Virus record (IMG/VR): IMGVR_UViG_3300027666_000002
DNA from: a virus
Strand: one strand, 5' to 3'
Length of the DNA stretch: 59,017 bases
The position numbers and the translations under genes were made by a program. Below, one piece after another: positions 48,260 to 56,631 of this stretch. The notes below the pieces were generated by a model. It was not told the DNA's origin. It saw nothing but the letters and a program-made list of their open reading frames with translations, and did not search any database. The stretch's first letter is position 1. Each line of letters starts with the position of its first letter.

Positions 48260-48394
48260 ATGCCAGAGACCAACGCCCAGGCCACTGACCAGGCCCCCAT
48301 CTGCATCCGAGCCCGCGTCCACCCGGCGCACGAGAACTGCGCCGGCCTGGACTTCGACACCTGGTTCGAGCGCACCCAGGACGCGCGGTCATGA
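48260..48394 (+). CDS. small hypothetical protein (44 aa)
   Basis: Hand-found ATG directly behind a cassette. ATGA overlap with the next gene. Confidence 0.55.
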   Translation: MPETNAQATDQAPICIRARVHPAHENCAGLDFDTWFERTQDARS

Positions 48395-48714
48395 GCACCG
48401 GCGAGCGGGTAGCCCGCCAGTACCGTGGCCTCTCGACCGGCAACCTGCGCCAGCTCCTCGCGCTGATGCGAAACGAACGCCGCAAGGCCGCCGTCCGCAT
48501 CGTGCTGACCGAACGCGAGGAGGCCTACCAGCGCGGCGAGCAGGCCGCCAACCTGACGCTCACCATCTCGGGCCAGCCAGGTCAGAACTCCTGGATGCGG
48601 GCCGTTGCCACGCTGGCCCGCGCCGAGCGTGCCGGGGACTGGGACCTGCACGAGATGACGCAAGGCTGGATGAACGCGGTACGCGACCGGGCTGGCGAAC
48701 AGGCAAGCCTGTGA
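48391..48714 (+). CDS. hypothetical protein
   Basis: 107-aa ORF. Confidence 0.7.
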   Translation: MSTGERVARQYRGLSTGNLRQLLALMRNERRKAAVRIVLTEREEAYQRGEQAANLTLTISGQPGQNSWMRAVATLARAERAGDWDLHEMTQGWMNAVRDRAGEQASL

Positions 48715-48983
48715 TCAGGCACCGCCGCTTCTCCGCCGGCTTCTCCGCCGAGGCGAGCAAAGGCGTGCAGACGCTCATCGGCAAACTGACCGCCGAGGAG
48801 CGGGACGCCCTGGTCACGGCTATCTGGTTCGGCCGTGGCCGGTGGCGCATCGCCGAGGACGGCGCCACCGTCGCCACCGAGATGGAGCTACGCCGCAAGT
48901 GCCTGCTCCGGCACTCGACCGACTACCTGACCAGCCTCGGCGCGCAGGTGCGGTACGTGATGCTGATGCAGGAGCTGGGTTGA
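48711..48983 (+). CDS. hypothetical protein
   Basis: 90-aa ORF. GTGA overlap. Confidence 0.7.
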   Translation: MIRHRRFSAGFSAEASKGVQTLIGKLTAEERDALVTAIWFGRGRWRIAEDGATVATEMELRRKCLLRHSTDYLTSLGAQVRYVMLMQELG

Positions 48984-49084
48984 TGTTCGTCACCAACCTG
49001 CACCTTGACCTGGCGGCGTGGTCGGTCGTGTCGTTCGCGATCGGCTACGCCACCTGTTGGATTCGCACCCGACGAAAGAGATGA
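48983..49084 (+). CDS. very small membrane protein (33 aa)
   Basis: ATG shares the A of the upstream TGA. MFVTNLHLDLAAWSVVSFAIGYATCWIRTRRKR. Confidence 0.45.
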   Translation: MFVTNLHLDLAAWSVVSFAIGYATCWIRTRRKR

Positions 49085-49290
49085 TCATGACCGACACCAC
49101 GCAGGTCCGAGACCGGGACCTGATGCTTGCCGGCGACGGCCGCGAGCACACCCGAGAGTGCGTCGAGCACGGCTGGTGGCTGCTGGACTGGGAGACCGCC
49201 TGCCTGGACCAGGGTGTTCCGCCGGGCGGTCCGGTGGCCTCGCACGAGGAGATCCACGCGTTCGTGCTCACCCTGACGGGCGGTGCCTGA
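49081..49290 (+). CDS. hypothetical protein
   Basis: ATGA overlap at 49081. 3' part of ORF-track 49018..49290. Confidence 0.6.
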   Translation: MIMTDTTQVRDRDLMLAGDGREHTRECVEHGWWLLDWETACLDQGVPPGGPVASHEEIHAFVLTLTGGA

Positions 49291-49291
49291 C

Positions 49292-49687
49292 ATGGGCGGA
49301 GCAGCAATCCTGCCCTCGGTGGTCGACTACCTGTCGGCCCGACCGGGCGAGCCCGTGACGTTGCAGCGCCTGGCCACGGACCTGCGCATGGACCCCGTGA
49401 AGATCCAGAAAGCCCTGTCCAACATGCTGCGAGACGGCGGCTACGGCGACTCCATCGAGGTCGTCCACCGAGGCCAGGTGTGGCGTTGGCGATCAGACTC
49501 CGACCCGCACTACCGAACGCCGGAGATCAACGGCCGGCAACGACCGGCCAGGGCGCCCGCCGCGTCGCCCACGCCCACGCCAGCGCTGGACGTGGGCGAC
49601 GTCGTCGAGGTCATGGGCATCACCCAGAGCGGCGAGGCCGTGGCACGCGACGGAGATGGCCGCCTGTACCGCGTGAGCCCGCTGTGA
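49292..49687 (+). CDS. winged-helix DNA-binding protein, putative
   Basis: ATG at 49292 (GTG at 49283 is an alternative). VVDYLSARPGEPVTLQRLATDLRMDPVKIQKALSNMLRDG is wHTH-like. Confidence 0.55.
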   Translation: MGGAAILPSVVDYLSARPGEPVTLQRLATDLRMDPVKIQKALSNMLRDGGYGDSIEVVHRGQVWRWRSDSDPHYRTPEINGRQRPARAPAASPTPTPALDVGDVVEVMGITQSGEAVARDGDGRLYRVSPL

Positions 49688-49887
49688 CCCGCCTGCTGCA
49701 GCGGCGGTGGATCCGCAACAACGGATACCCGCGCAGGATGGGTGACGGCGGCCTGCTCGGGCTCATGCACGCACACAAGGACGGCAGTCCCGTGCTTATC
49801 GGCGACTCGTCCTGGCGCACCGTGAACGGCATTTACATGAACACCCCGTGGGGTCACGGCTGGATCCTGTTCAGGAGGCATTCGTGA
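49684..49887 (+). CDS. hypothetical protein
   Basis: GTGA overlap at 49684. 3' part of ORF-track 49480..49887. Confidence 0.6.
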   Translation: MTRLLQRRWIRNNGYPRRMGDGGLLGLMHAHKDGSPVLIGDSSWRTVNGIYMNTPWGHGWILFRRHS

Positions 49888-50303
49888 ACCCACGCCCGCC
49901 GGCCCGGGTCACCCTGCTGTGGTGCCCGGCCTGCGGTCGCGACGACCGCTACAACGACCTGAAGAGGGGTGCTGGCCGACACTTCGCCGATGGGTCGAAG
50001 TGCCTGGGCGAACCGGAAGAGGTGGAGTACCGAATCCCGTTTGCTCCACAGCCGCCTGTCGGCCAGCAGGACGGTGCCTACCGTGCTGCGGTCGCCGTCC
50101 AGGTGGCGATCCGCCCCGGGCCGCAACACCTCACCGACGACGCTCGCATGGCCTTCGTAGGCCAGACGCAACTGCTGTACGCGGACACCGTGGAGGAACT
50201 CGCACTGCTGGTGGAGTCCTTCGCCGAGCTGATCACCAACCACCTGGGCGACCAGATCGCCATACATCCACGCCCCACGCCGCCACCGGGATGGCCGACA
50301 TGA
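49884..50303 (+). CDS. hypothetical protein (CPACG zinc-ribbon-like N-terminus)
   Basis: GTGA overlap at 49884. 3' part of ORF-track 49848..50303. Confidence 0.6.
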   Translation: MNPRPPARVTLLWCPACGRDDRYNDLKRGAGRHFADGSKCLGEPEEVEYRIPFAPQPPVGQQDGAYRAAVAVQVAIRPGPQHLTDDARMAFVGQTQLLYADTVEELALLVESFAELITNHLGDQIAIHPRPTPPPGWPT

Positions 50304-50974
50304 CGAACGAGCTGGACCGCCTGCTGTCGAACGAGCTGGTTGACGGCCTGCCCGACCCGCAGGCGCTGAAGCGCACCGTCAAGGAACGCATCGAACAGGC
50401 CTACGCGGACCTCCACAAGGCCCGTGGCGAAGTCCTCAAAGCTGAGGACACCTACGACCTGCATCGGCGCCTGCAGGCCACCAGGGAGCAGATGGAGGCC
50501 TACTCGCGCGGCTTCGCCGAGGTCGCCAAGCTGATCGCACAGCTCCAACAGGAAGAGCTGGTCGAGGCGGTGGGCGAACAGGACGGCGTGCCACTGTCCG
50601 GACTCACCATCCCCACGGCCGGCGGCGACATCGTCGTGAAGCCGTCGTTCAAGCGCGTCAACGACATCGGGCCCGAGGCTGTGCAGACCGCGATCGTGCA
50701 CGGCCTCGTCGAGGCGTGGATAGAGTCCATCGAGCACGCCGCCGTGCACTCCGCCGACACGCTGGAGGAGAACCTGCGCGAGCTGGTGCAGCAGGCCCTG
50801 ACGGTGCTCATCGGCACCGGCAAGTGGGAGCCGCAGGTAACGAAGCTGAAGGTGACCGCGCAGGAGTGGGCTCGCGCCGGCCACGACGACCTGGCCGGCA
50901 GGCTGATGGCCGCACACACGGTACGTCAGCAGTACCAGGACAAGGTGGATGTCAGCCGGAAGGAGCCGAAGTGA
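50300..50974 (+). CDS. hypothetical coiled-coil protein
   Basis: ATGA overlap at 50300 (ATG at 50291 is also in frame). 3' part of ORF-track 49919..50974. Confidence 0.65.
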   Translation: MTNELDRLLSNELVDGLPDPQALKRTVKERIEQAYADLHKARGEVLKAEDTYDLHRRLQATREQMEAYSRGFAEVAKLIAQLQQEELVEAVGEQDGVPLSGLTIPTAGGDIVVKPSFKRVNDIGPEAVQTAIVHGLVEAWIESIEHAAVHSADTLEENLRELVQQALTVLIGTGKWEPQVTKLKVTAQEWARAGHDDLAGRLMAAHTVRQQYQDKVDVSRKEPK

Positions 50975-51195
50975 TCGAGCCGACCGGCTACCGGGTCCGT
51001 TGCGAGCACTACGACTGGGTGGGCGGTGCTCGCCGCCGATGCAGGGCAGCCCTGCGGGCCACGTCGCTGTATGGGCCCGCAGGGCTGTGGCAGGCGATGG
51101 AGCTGGACGGCTGGCAGCACGCCGTCAAGGTCAACGGGGAGAGGGCAAGGCAGGGCGGACGCGACTACTGCCCACGACACAGGAGGCCGAAGTGA
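50971..51195 (+). CDS. hypothetical protein
   Basis: GTGA overlap at 50971. 3' part of ORF-track 50716..51195. Confidence 0.6.
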   Translation: MIEPTGYRVRCEHYDWVGGARRRCRAALRATSLYGPAGLWQAMELDGWQHAVKVNGERARQGGRDYCPRHRRPK

Positions 51196-51341
51196 AGCAA
51201 TCCACCCTGGTCATGGCGCTGCAGATGGTGCGTGACGACGACCTGATGCGCGCTCTGGGTCGCGAGATCCTGAAGCGGATGGCGGCCGCGCTTGTCCTCG
51301 GGCTCATCCTCGGCGTGCTCCTCGGCTGGATGTTCCTGTGA
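51192..51341 (+). CDS. small protein with C-terminal TM segment (49 aa)
   Basis: GTGA overlap at 51192. ...AAALVLGLILGVLLGWMFL. Confidence 0.5.
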   Translation: MKQSTLVMALQMVRDDDLMRALGREILKRMAAALVLGLILGVLLGWMFL

Positions 51342-51874
51342 ACGCCACCCAGTCGGCGATCCTTCGGGCGCTCGAACTCGCCAAGATCCTCGACGTCGAG
51401 CACACCGAGCCAGGACTGCACGCGTCGTTCCGCGCCGTCCGGCACGAGCTGCGGACCCTGCGGGACATCCACTGCCCGCAGGCGGAGACGGAGAAGGCGC
51501 CCGAGCTGGCCTCGGCGCACACGGGTCGGGCGACTCGTCCGGGCAGCCTGCGGCACACGATCTTGAACGAGCTGTCGTTCAGGCCGCTGGCCGACTTCCA
51601 GGTGCGCGATGAGCTGGCCCGGACGCGCCCCGACGGACCGGACTGGCCCACCATGTCGCAGGTCCGGCGGCGCCGGCACGAGCTGATGGCAGCCGGCTGG
51701 GTCGAGCCCGTTCAGGTGGGCGACGGCACGCGCAAGGTTCGCCACGGCGATGACGGCCGGTACGTCACGGTGTACCAGATGACCGACCTCGGGGGAAGAG
51801 CCCTGTTGCGCCTGCGCTCGGGTCAGGAGGTGCTGTTCTCCGACGGCGAACTTGGTAACAAGTCGGTCACGTGA
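51338..51874 (+). CDS. winged-helix (MarR/PadR-like) DNA-binding protein, putative
   Basis: 178-aa ORF. GTGA overlap. LRHTILNELSFRPLADFQVRDELAR...RRRHELMAAGWVEPV. Confidence 0.55.
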   Translation: MNATQSAILRALELAKILDVEHTEPGLHASFRAVRHELRTLRDIHCPQAETEKAPELASAHTGRATRPGSLRHTILNELSFRPLADFQVRDELARTRPDGPDWPTMSQVRRRRHELMAAGWVEPVQVGDGTRKVRHGDDGRYVTVYQMTDLGGRALLRLRSGQEVLFSDGELGNKSVT

Positions 51875-51957
51875 CCGGACAATGTGCGGGGTTGCGACGT
51901 CAGGACCACCTATTACCCAGCGGGCTACAACGATCAGACCCCGCCCACGGACGATAG

Positions 51958-52022
51958 TTGACACCCATCTCTGAGGTGGGGTAACATCGTGCCATCAGGA
52001 ACAACCCGGACCGGGGAGGACC
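51958..52022 (+). promoter_or_regulatory. phage promoter + leader cassette
   Basis: TTGACA (51958), 18 nt (CCCATCTC/GAGGTGGG dyad), TAACAT (51982). GGAACAACC (51998), GGGGAGGACC (52013). Confidence 0.7.
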
Positions 52023-52029
52023 ACCAGAG

Positions 52030-52371
52030 ATGCTCAAGTTCTCGAAGATCGAGGCAGGCCACTACCAGGCCGACACCGACACCCGCCGCTACGTGATCAC
52101 CAAGTGCGAAGGCGATTGGGTAGTCCGCGTCTGGAAGCTCATGGAGACCGCCGGCATCAAGCACACCATCGGCCTGGGCCTGGACGACGCCGAGGCGACC
52201 GGCAACGGCTTCGACACCAAGCGGTTGGCCGTGGACGTCGCCGCCCGCTACGAACAGCTTGTCACCGAGGGCTACGGCAAGTTGTTCATCCACATGCGGC
52301 CGATGACCCGCGCCATCATCGAGGCCTACAACGCCGAGAGCGTCCAGGCCCTGAACGTCGAGCACTTCTGA
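52030..52371 (+). CDS. hypothetical protein
   Basis: 113-aa ORF behind a cassette, followed by a terminator. Confidence 0.8.
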   Translation: MLKFSKIEAGHYQADTDTRRYVITKCEGDWVVRVWKLMETAGIKHTIGLGLDDAEATGNGFDTKRLAVDVAARYEQLVTEGYGKLFIHMRPMTRAIIEAYNAESVQALNVEHF

Positions 52372-52376
52372 CATGC

Positions 52377-52412
52377 GTAGGCCCCGCCGGGGACCATGCC
52401 GGCGGGGCCTAC
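52377..52412. terminator. bidirectional stem-loop terminator between convergent blocks
   Basis: 14-bp perfect inverted repeat gtaggccccgccgg (52377..52390) / ccggcggggcctac (52399..52412), 8-nt loop. Confidence 0.75.
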
Positions 52413-52469
52413 GTCGCTACACCCGTTGTCAGACCGACGTCCTACGAGAGACGATCGATCGCGACCGTA

Positions 52470-52790
52470 TCACGCGGCGCCGTCGATGTGTTCCACCGTC
52501 GAGCGCAGCACCTGGCCCTCGACGTACGTCGGCGCGGTGTTGGCGCCGAGCACGAACCGGGTCAGCCACGCTGGCAACTTGTGTTCGATCTTGCGCATGA
52601 TCGCGTACCAGAGCAGGGCGACCGCGCCGACCACGGCGGCCTGCACCTGCGGCTGGTTGAGCAGGGCGTACAGGTCCGGCACGCGGGTGGCCAGGAAGGT
52701 CAGCGCGTAACCCCACAGGATGGGGACGCCAGTGCGGATCCACGACAGGCCCCAGTCCTTCACGGACGCGGGCGCTTCGGGTGTGGTCAT
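52470..52790 (-). CDS. membrane protein (second holin-like candidate)
   Basis: 106-aa ORF with two or more TM segments (VPILWGYALTFLA, AAVVGAVALLWYAIM). Last gene of the tail block. Confidence 0.5.
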   Translation of the reverse strand: MTTPEAPASVKDWGLSWIRTGVPILWGYALTFLATRVPDLYALLNQPQVQAAVVGAVALLWYAIMRKIEHKLPAWLTRFVLGANTAPTYVEGQVLRSTVEHIDGAA

Positions 52791-52805
52791 CTCGTTCTCC
52801 TCGGT

Positions 52806-53159
52806 TCAGCTCGGGCGCTGCTGCTGCAGTGCCTCGCGCGCGGCCTGCAGGGCGATCTCCCGCAGCTTCTCCTCTGCCGGGTCCACCTCGGGCAGCGTGG
52901 TCACCTCGACGCCGACCCGGTGGTCGCACGGCCACGTCTTCCGGCACCCGCCGCACAGGTCCGGCACGTCCGCGTCCGGGGTGATCAGCAGGAAGTGTGC
53001 GACGCCGTCGTCGTCCACGTTGTCGCCGATGACGGCGCGCGGCGCCTTGCCGGACTCCAGGGCGAGCAGTTCAGACAGATCCTCGACCACCTGAGCCTGC
53101 GGGTACAGCGCGTCCAGGTCATCCGAGGGGTCGTGGTAGCTGGGTATGTCGAGTCTCAC
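52806..53159 (-). CDS. acidic hypothetical protein
   Basis: 117-aa ORF. Confidence 0.7.
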   Translation of the reverse strand: MRLDIPSYHDPSDDLDALYPQAQVVEDLSELLALESGKAPRAVIGDNVDDDGVAHFLLITPDADVPDLCGGCRKTWPCDHRVGVEVTTLPEVDPAEEKLREIALQAAREALQQQRPS

Positions 53160-53162
53160 GGT

Positions 53163-53918
53163 TCACTCCTGGGTGCAGTCGTAGTGTGGCGGCTGGGCGT
53201 CCGGGTCGCGCAGCACGCAGTGTTCGGTGACCGGACCCGTCAGGCCCTGGAAGGTGCGGTCGTACTCGGGCAGCACGGGGCCGGGGAGCCCCTGAGGTCC
53301 CATCGGCCCGACGCACGGCGAGGGATTGGCTTCGCAGTAGGCGCTGATGGCCGCCTGGATCTCGCCGTCGGTGGGCAGGCAGCCGTTGTGCTCGCCGCAG
53401 TAGGCGGCCACCTGTGCGGCCACCTGGTCGTCTGTGGCGTCCGCGCCGTCGGTCCCATCGGTCCCGTTGTCGCCGTTGGTCCCGTTCGCGCCATCGGCTC
53501 CTCTGCAACCGAGGTCTCCGCATACGCGGGCAACGGCCGCCTCGACCTCGGCAGCGGTGGGCGTGCGGCCGTCCTGCGGTGGACGCTTGTCCAGGTAAGC
53601 GGCGACGGCGGCGCGGACCTGGTCATCGGTGGCGACCTGCGTTACCGGCTGCTCGGTGGCCGTCGAGCCGGCGGCGACGGTGGCCGCCTTCTGGCAGGCG
53701 CCGATGGCCTCCAGTTCGCGCTCTGCGGCGCCGTCAGCGCTACAGGCGGCAGATACCTGCTGGGCCAGGTTGCGGCCCTCCTGGGCGTCGTCCTGCGATG
53801 AGAACACCTGCCACACGAGCAGGCTCAGCAGCACCACCGCGACGATGCCGATGAGCAGGCGGGCCTTGTCGAGCTGTCCGTCACTGCGCTTCCGCTGCGC
53901 CTGCTGCTCGATGCTCAT
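53163..53918 (-). CDS. membrane-anchored protein with short collagen-like Gly-X-Y runs
   Basis: 251 aa. N-terminal TM LLIGIVAVVLLSLLVWQVF. GADGANGTNGDNGTDGTDGAD and GPMGPQGLPGP runs. Repeated AAYxxxxxxC motifs. Confidence 0.65.
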   Translation of the reverse strand: MSIEQQAQRKRSDGQLDKARLLIGIVAVVLLSLLVWQVFSSQDDAQEGRNLAQQVSAACSADGAAERELEAIGACQKAATVAAGSTATEQPVTQVATDDQVRAAVAAYLDKRPPQDGRTPTAAEVEAAVARVCGDLGCRGADGANGTNGDNGTDGTDGADATDDQVAAQVAAYCGEHNGCLPTDGEIQAAISAYCEANPSPCVGPMGPQGLPGPVLPEYDRTFQGLTGPVTEHCVLRDPDAQPPHYDCTQE

Positions 53919-54196
53919 AGGCCCGCGCCTCCCGTGAGGGCTTCCAGCCGGGCGGTGGCCCGGTCCGCCCGTAGTCTCTCATCGCGCAGTTCGGTTTCCA
54001 GCCGGTCGAGGCGCTTGCGCAGCTCGGTCAGTTGCCGGTCGTGCGCCTCCTGCTGGGCCTTGAATCGGGTGTCCCATTCCTGGCGATCTGAACGGTGTTC
54101 TTTTCGGTCTTGTCTATTCGCGTTGAGCAAATAGCCGATGACAACGGCAAGCAGCACCGCAATACCCGCTGATGCGAACGGCGACAGACTGGTCAC
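53915..54196 (-). CDS. membrane protein with N-terminal TM and coiled-coil tail
   Basis: 93-aa ORF (GTG start). FASAGIAVLLAVVIGYLL followed by a heptad-like Arg/Glu/Leu region. Confidence 0.6.
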   Translation of the reverse strand: MTSLSPFASAGIAVLLAVVIGYLLNANRQDRKEHRSDRQEWDTRFKAQQEAHDRQLTELRKRLDRLETELRDERLRADRATARLEALTGGAGL

Positions 54197-54290
54197 TCAC
54201 CATCATCATCCCTGCTCCCCCACTCGGCGTTACGCCTGGTGTCAGACGTATTCGACTGGAATGCTACGGCATGATCCGACCCCCTTCTGT

Positions 54291-55079
54291 CTAGCCGTTG
54301 AATGGTGAGTAACAGCGGCACCGGTATATGCGGGGCAGGAACGAGCCGGTGCCGGCGGAACGCCACATGTGCCATTCCACGTTCACGTAGTTGGAGGCGT
54401 CGAATATCGTTTCGATGTCCAACGTATAGCTGATGTTCTGGCTTCCGACCAGCGCGGACGTCGCCGTGTTGATGGTGACGCCGCCCCCGGAGACGCGCAG
54501 GAAGCTGCTGATCGTGTCGGTGCCTACGCTGCAGGTGTAGGCGGCCGTGAAGTCGAGGCGGGTGCCGGTGAGATTGCCCTCACCGGAGTAGGCGGTCCGG
54601 TCACTCGTCCAGGTGGCGGCAGGGTTCTCGAAACTCTCCCGCTGATACATCACGATCGACGCGTCAGGAAACGCGCGGCCACCGCTGTAGCCCTCGGAGA
54701 GGAGAAGCTTGCCGTCCGCATCGTTCATGTACAGCCGCTGTCGCAGCGGCACGCCCACCCGGGGATCGAAGTCGTACATGGCGAATGCCTGGTTGTGCAG
54801 CGGGTCATCCCGCCAGAACACAACACCGCGTTGTGGAAGCTTCTGCCCGAAGTCGTCGAGGAGGTTCTGGTCGTAGGGCTGGAATTCGCCGAACCACGCG
54901 TAGTCGCCGCCGTAGTTGCCGACGAATCGGGTCAGGCCCTTGTTGACCACTGCGTTGGTCATCGGGTTGTTGCGCATCATCTGGTCGGCGATGCGGCGTG
55001 TCTCGGCGACCGCGTCGACCACCGTGGACTCACGGGGCGTGTAGGGCGCCGACAGGCTGCGCGGATCGACGTCAACCAA
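54291..55079 (-). CDS. minor tail protein, putative (C-terminal part is in a low-GC patch)
   Basis: 262-aa ORF (TTG start) in the tail block. Function from position only. Confidence 0.5.
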   Translation of the reverse strand: MVDVDPRSLSAPYTPRESTVVDAVAETRRIADQMMRNNPMTNAVVNKGLTRFVGNYGGDYAWFGEFQPYDQNLLDDFGQKLPQRGVVFWRDDPLHNQAFAMYDFDPRVGVPLRQRLYMNDADGKLLLSEGYSGGRAFPDASIVMYQRESFENPAATWTSDRTAYSGEGNLTGTRLDFTAAYTCSVGTDTISSFLRVSGGGVTINTATSALVGSQNISYTLDIETIFDASNYVNVEWHMWRSAGTGSFLPRIYRCRCYSPFNG

Positions 55080-56631
55080 CGTCTACCGCCTCCCCTCCGC
55101 CAGCCAGCACCAGGTCCACCGTTTCGCTGTTGGACCCCTCGGGCGGGGTCACGGTCCACCCCATTATGCGCGTGAGGTACGTCAGGTCTCGGTCACCGTT
55201 CGGCCCGTCCTCGTTGGTCCAGGCGTCCGAGCTGTAGAGCGCGTCGTCACCCAAGCTGTAGGTGCCGAAGAAGGGCGGCTTGTCGCCGCGCACGGTGACG
55301 CTCTTCAGGAACTGCTCGTTGGCGTAGGTCTGCACCATCGCGGCGACCGTGTAGTCGTCCAGGGTGTCGCTGCGGGACACGTCCGGGTTGCTGTAGCGGT
55401 CCTCGGCGATGAGGAAGCCGTTGGCCCAGTCGCTGCTGTTGGTGGCCAGGGAGCGCAGCGCGTCGGTGTCGTAGCCCGCACCCTGCCCCCACATCGCGTT
55501 GGCGACACCTTCGCCGTTGTAGGTGGGGCTGGCCTTCACCACGTTGCCCTGACCGCTGACGCGGAACACGAAACGGGGGATCTCGTCCACCCCGTACTGG
55601 CGCCCCAGACGCGGGTAGCCGAGCACGAAGCGGCAGCGGAACACCGAGGCCTCCAGGGCGTTCGCGCCGGTGGCGACCCGCACGTCGGTGTACCAGTCGT
55701 AACCGTCCCCAACCTTGCTGCGGTCCTGGTGGGCGGTGAGTAGGTTGGTCTGCTGATCACGCTTGTAGCTGAAGTCGTGCAGCCGCAGCGTCATGTTGGC
55801 GGGCTTGTCGACGGTGATCCATCCGGGCCACAGGTTGATGACCTCGACCGTGTCGCCGGTGAGCGAGTTGCTGGCGAAGTTGGGCGTGACGACGACCGCC
55901 GTCGTGGCGCCTGCCGGCACCAGGCTGGTGACGTTGAAGATGTTGGTGGTCCCGGCGGCGTCCGCCTTGTAGATCCCACCGAGATCCTTGACGCGCACAT
56001 AGGCGCCGACGGGGATGTCTCCGACGTCAGCGGTGGCCACGTTGACCCGGTCCGGTGTGCCCGCGCCCGAGGTGGCCACGGCGGTGCCGTAAGTACTGGG
56101 CGGCCCGAGCTGCGAGAACTTCTCGGGAGTGAGCAGGTCTTGGACGATGACGGTGCGGTCCTTCTGCGCCCAGATCAGGTCGCCGCCGGCCATCGGCCCG
56201 GTGATGAGCCGGCGCGCCCACGAGTACTCGACGGTGCGGGCAGTGATCTCCCAGCGCCCCGTTTCCTCGACCGGGTCGCGTGTCCACACCACGCCGTGCC
56301 AGACGGCCGCGTGTTCGTAGGTGCCCGCTTCCTCGTCGACCAGCACGGAGCGCACCACCACGATGCCGGTCTTCCGTGGCAGCACCAGCTCCCACGGGTT
56401 CATGGCGCGTACGTCCGGGTCGGCCAGTTGCAGCGACGCCTTCAGCTCGCCAACACCTTTGAGCTGGCTGGAGAAGGACACGCCCGACAGCGGCAGCGGC
56501 GCGTTGGAGATGACCGTGGGGTCGCCCAGGTAGTAAACGACCGGCCAGTACGTGTAGCTGACGATCTGCTCTTCGGGCAGATCGTAGCTGGAAGCGGCCA
56601 GCACGGCCGCCAGCGATACGGGCCCTGTCAC
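55072..56631 (-). CDS. minor tail protein (Tal / baseplate-hub-like), putative
   Basis: 519-aa ORF in the tail block downstream of the tape measure and Dit-like gene. Confidence 0.5.
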   Translation of the reverse strand: MTGPVSLAAVLAASSYDLPEEQIVSYTYWPVVYYLGDPTVISNAPLPLSGVSFSSQLKGVGELKASLQLADPDVRAMNPWELVLPRKTGIVVVRSVLVDEEAGTYEHAAVWHGVVWTRDPVEETGRWEITARTVEYSWARRLITGPMAGGDLIWAQKDRTVIVQDLLTPEKFSQLGPPSTYGTAVATSGAGTPDRVNVATADVGDIPVGAYVRVKDLGGIYKADAAGTTNIFNVTSLVPAGATTAVVVTPNFASNSLTGDTVEVINLWPGWITVDKPANMTLRLHDFSYKRDQQTNLLTAHQDRSKVGDGYDWYTDVRVATGANALEASVFRCRFVLGYPRLGRQYGVDEIPRFVFRVSGQGNVVKASPTYNGEGVANAMWGQGAGYDTDALRSLATNSSDWANGFLIAEDRYSNPDVSRSDTLDDYTVAAMVQTYANEQFLKSVTVRGDKPPFFGTYSLGDDALYSSDAWTNEDGPNGDRDLTYLTRIMGWTVTPPEGSNSETVDLVLAGGGEAVDVG

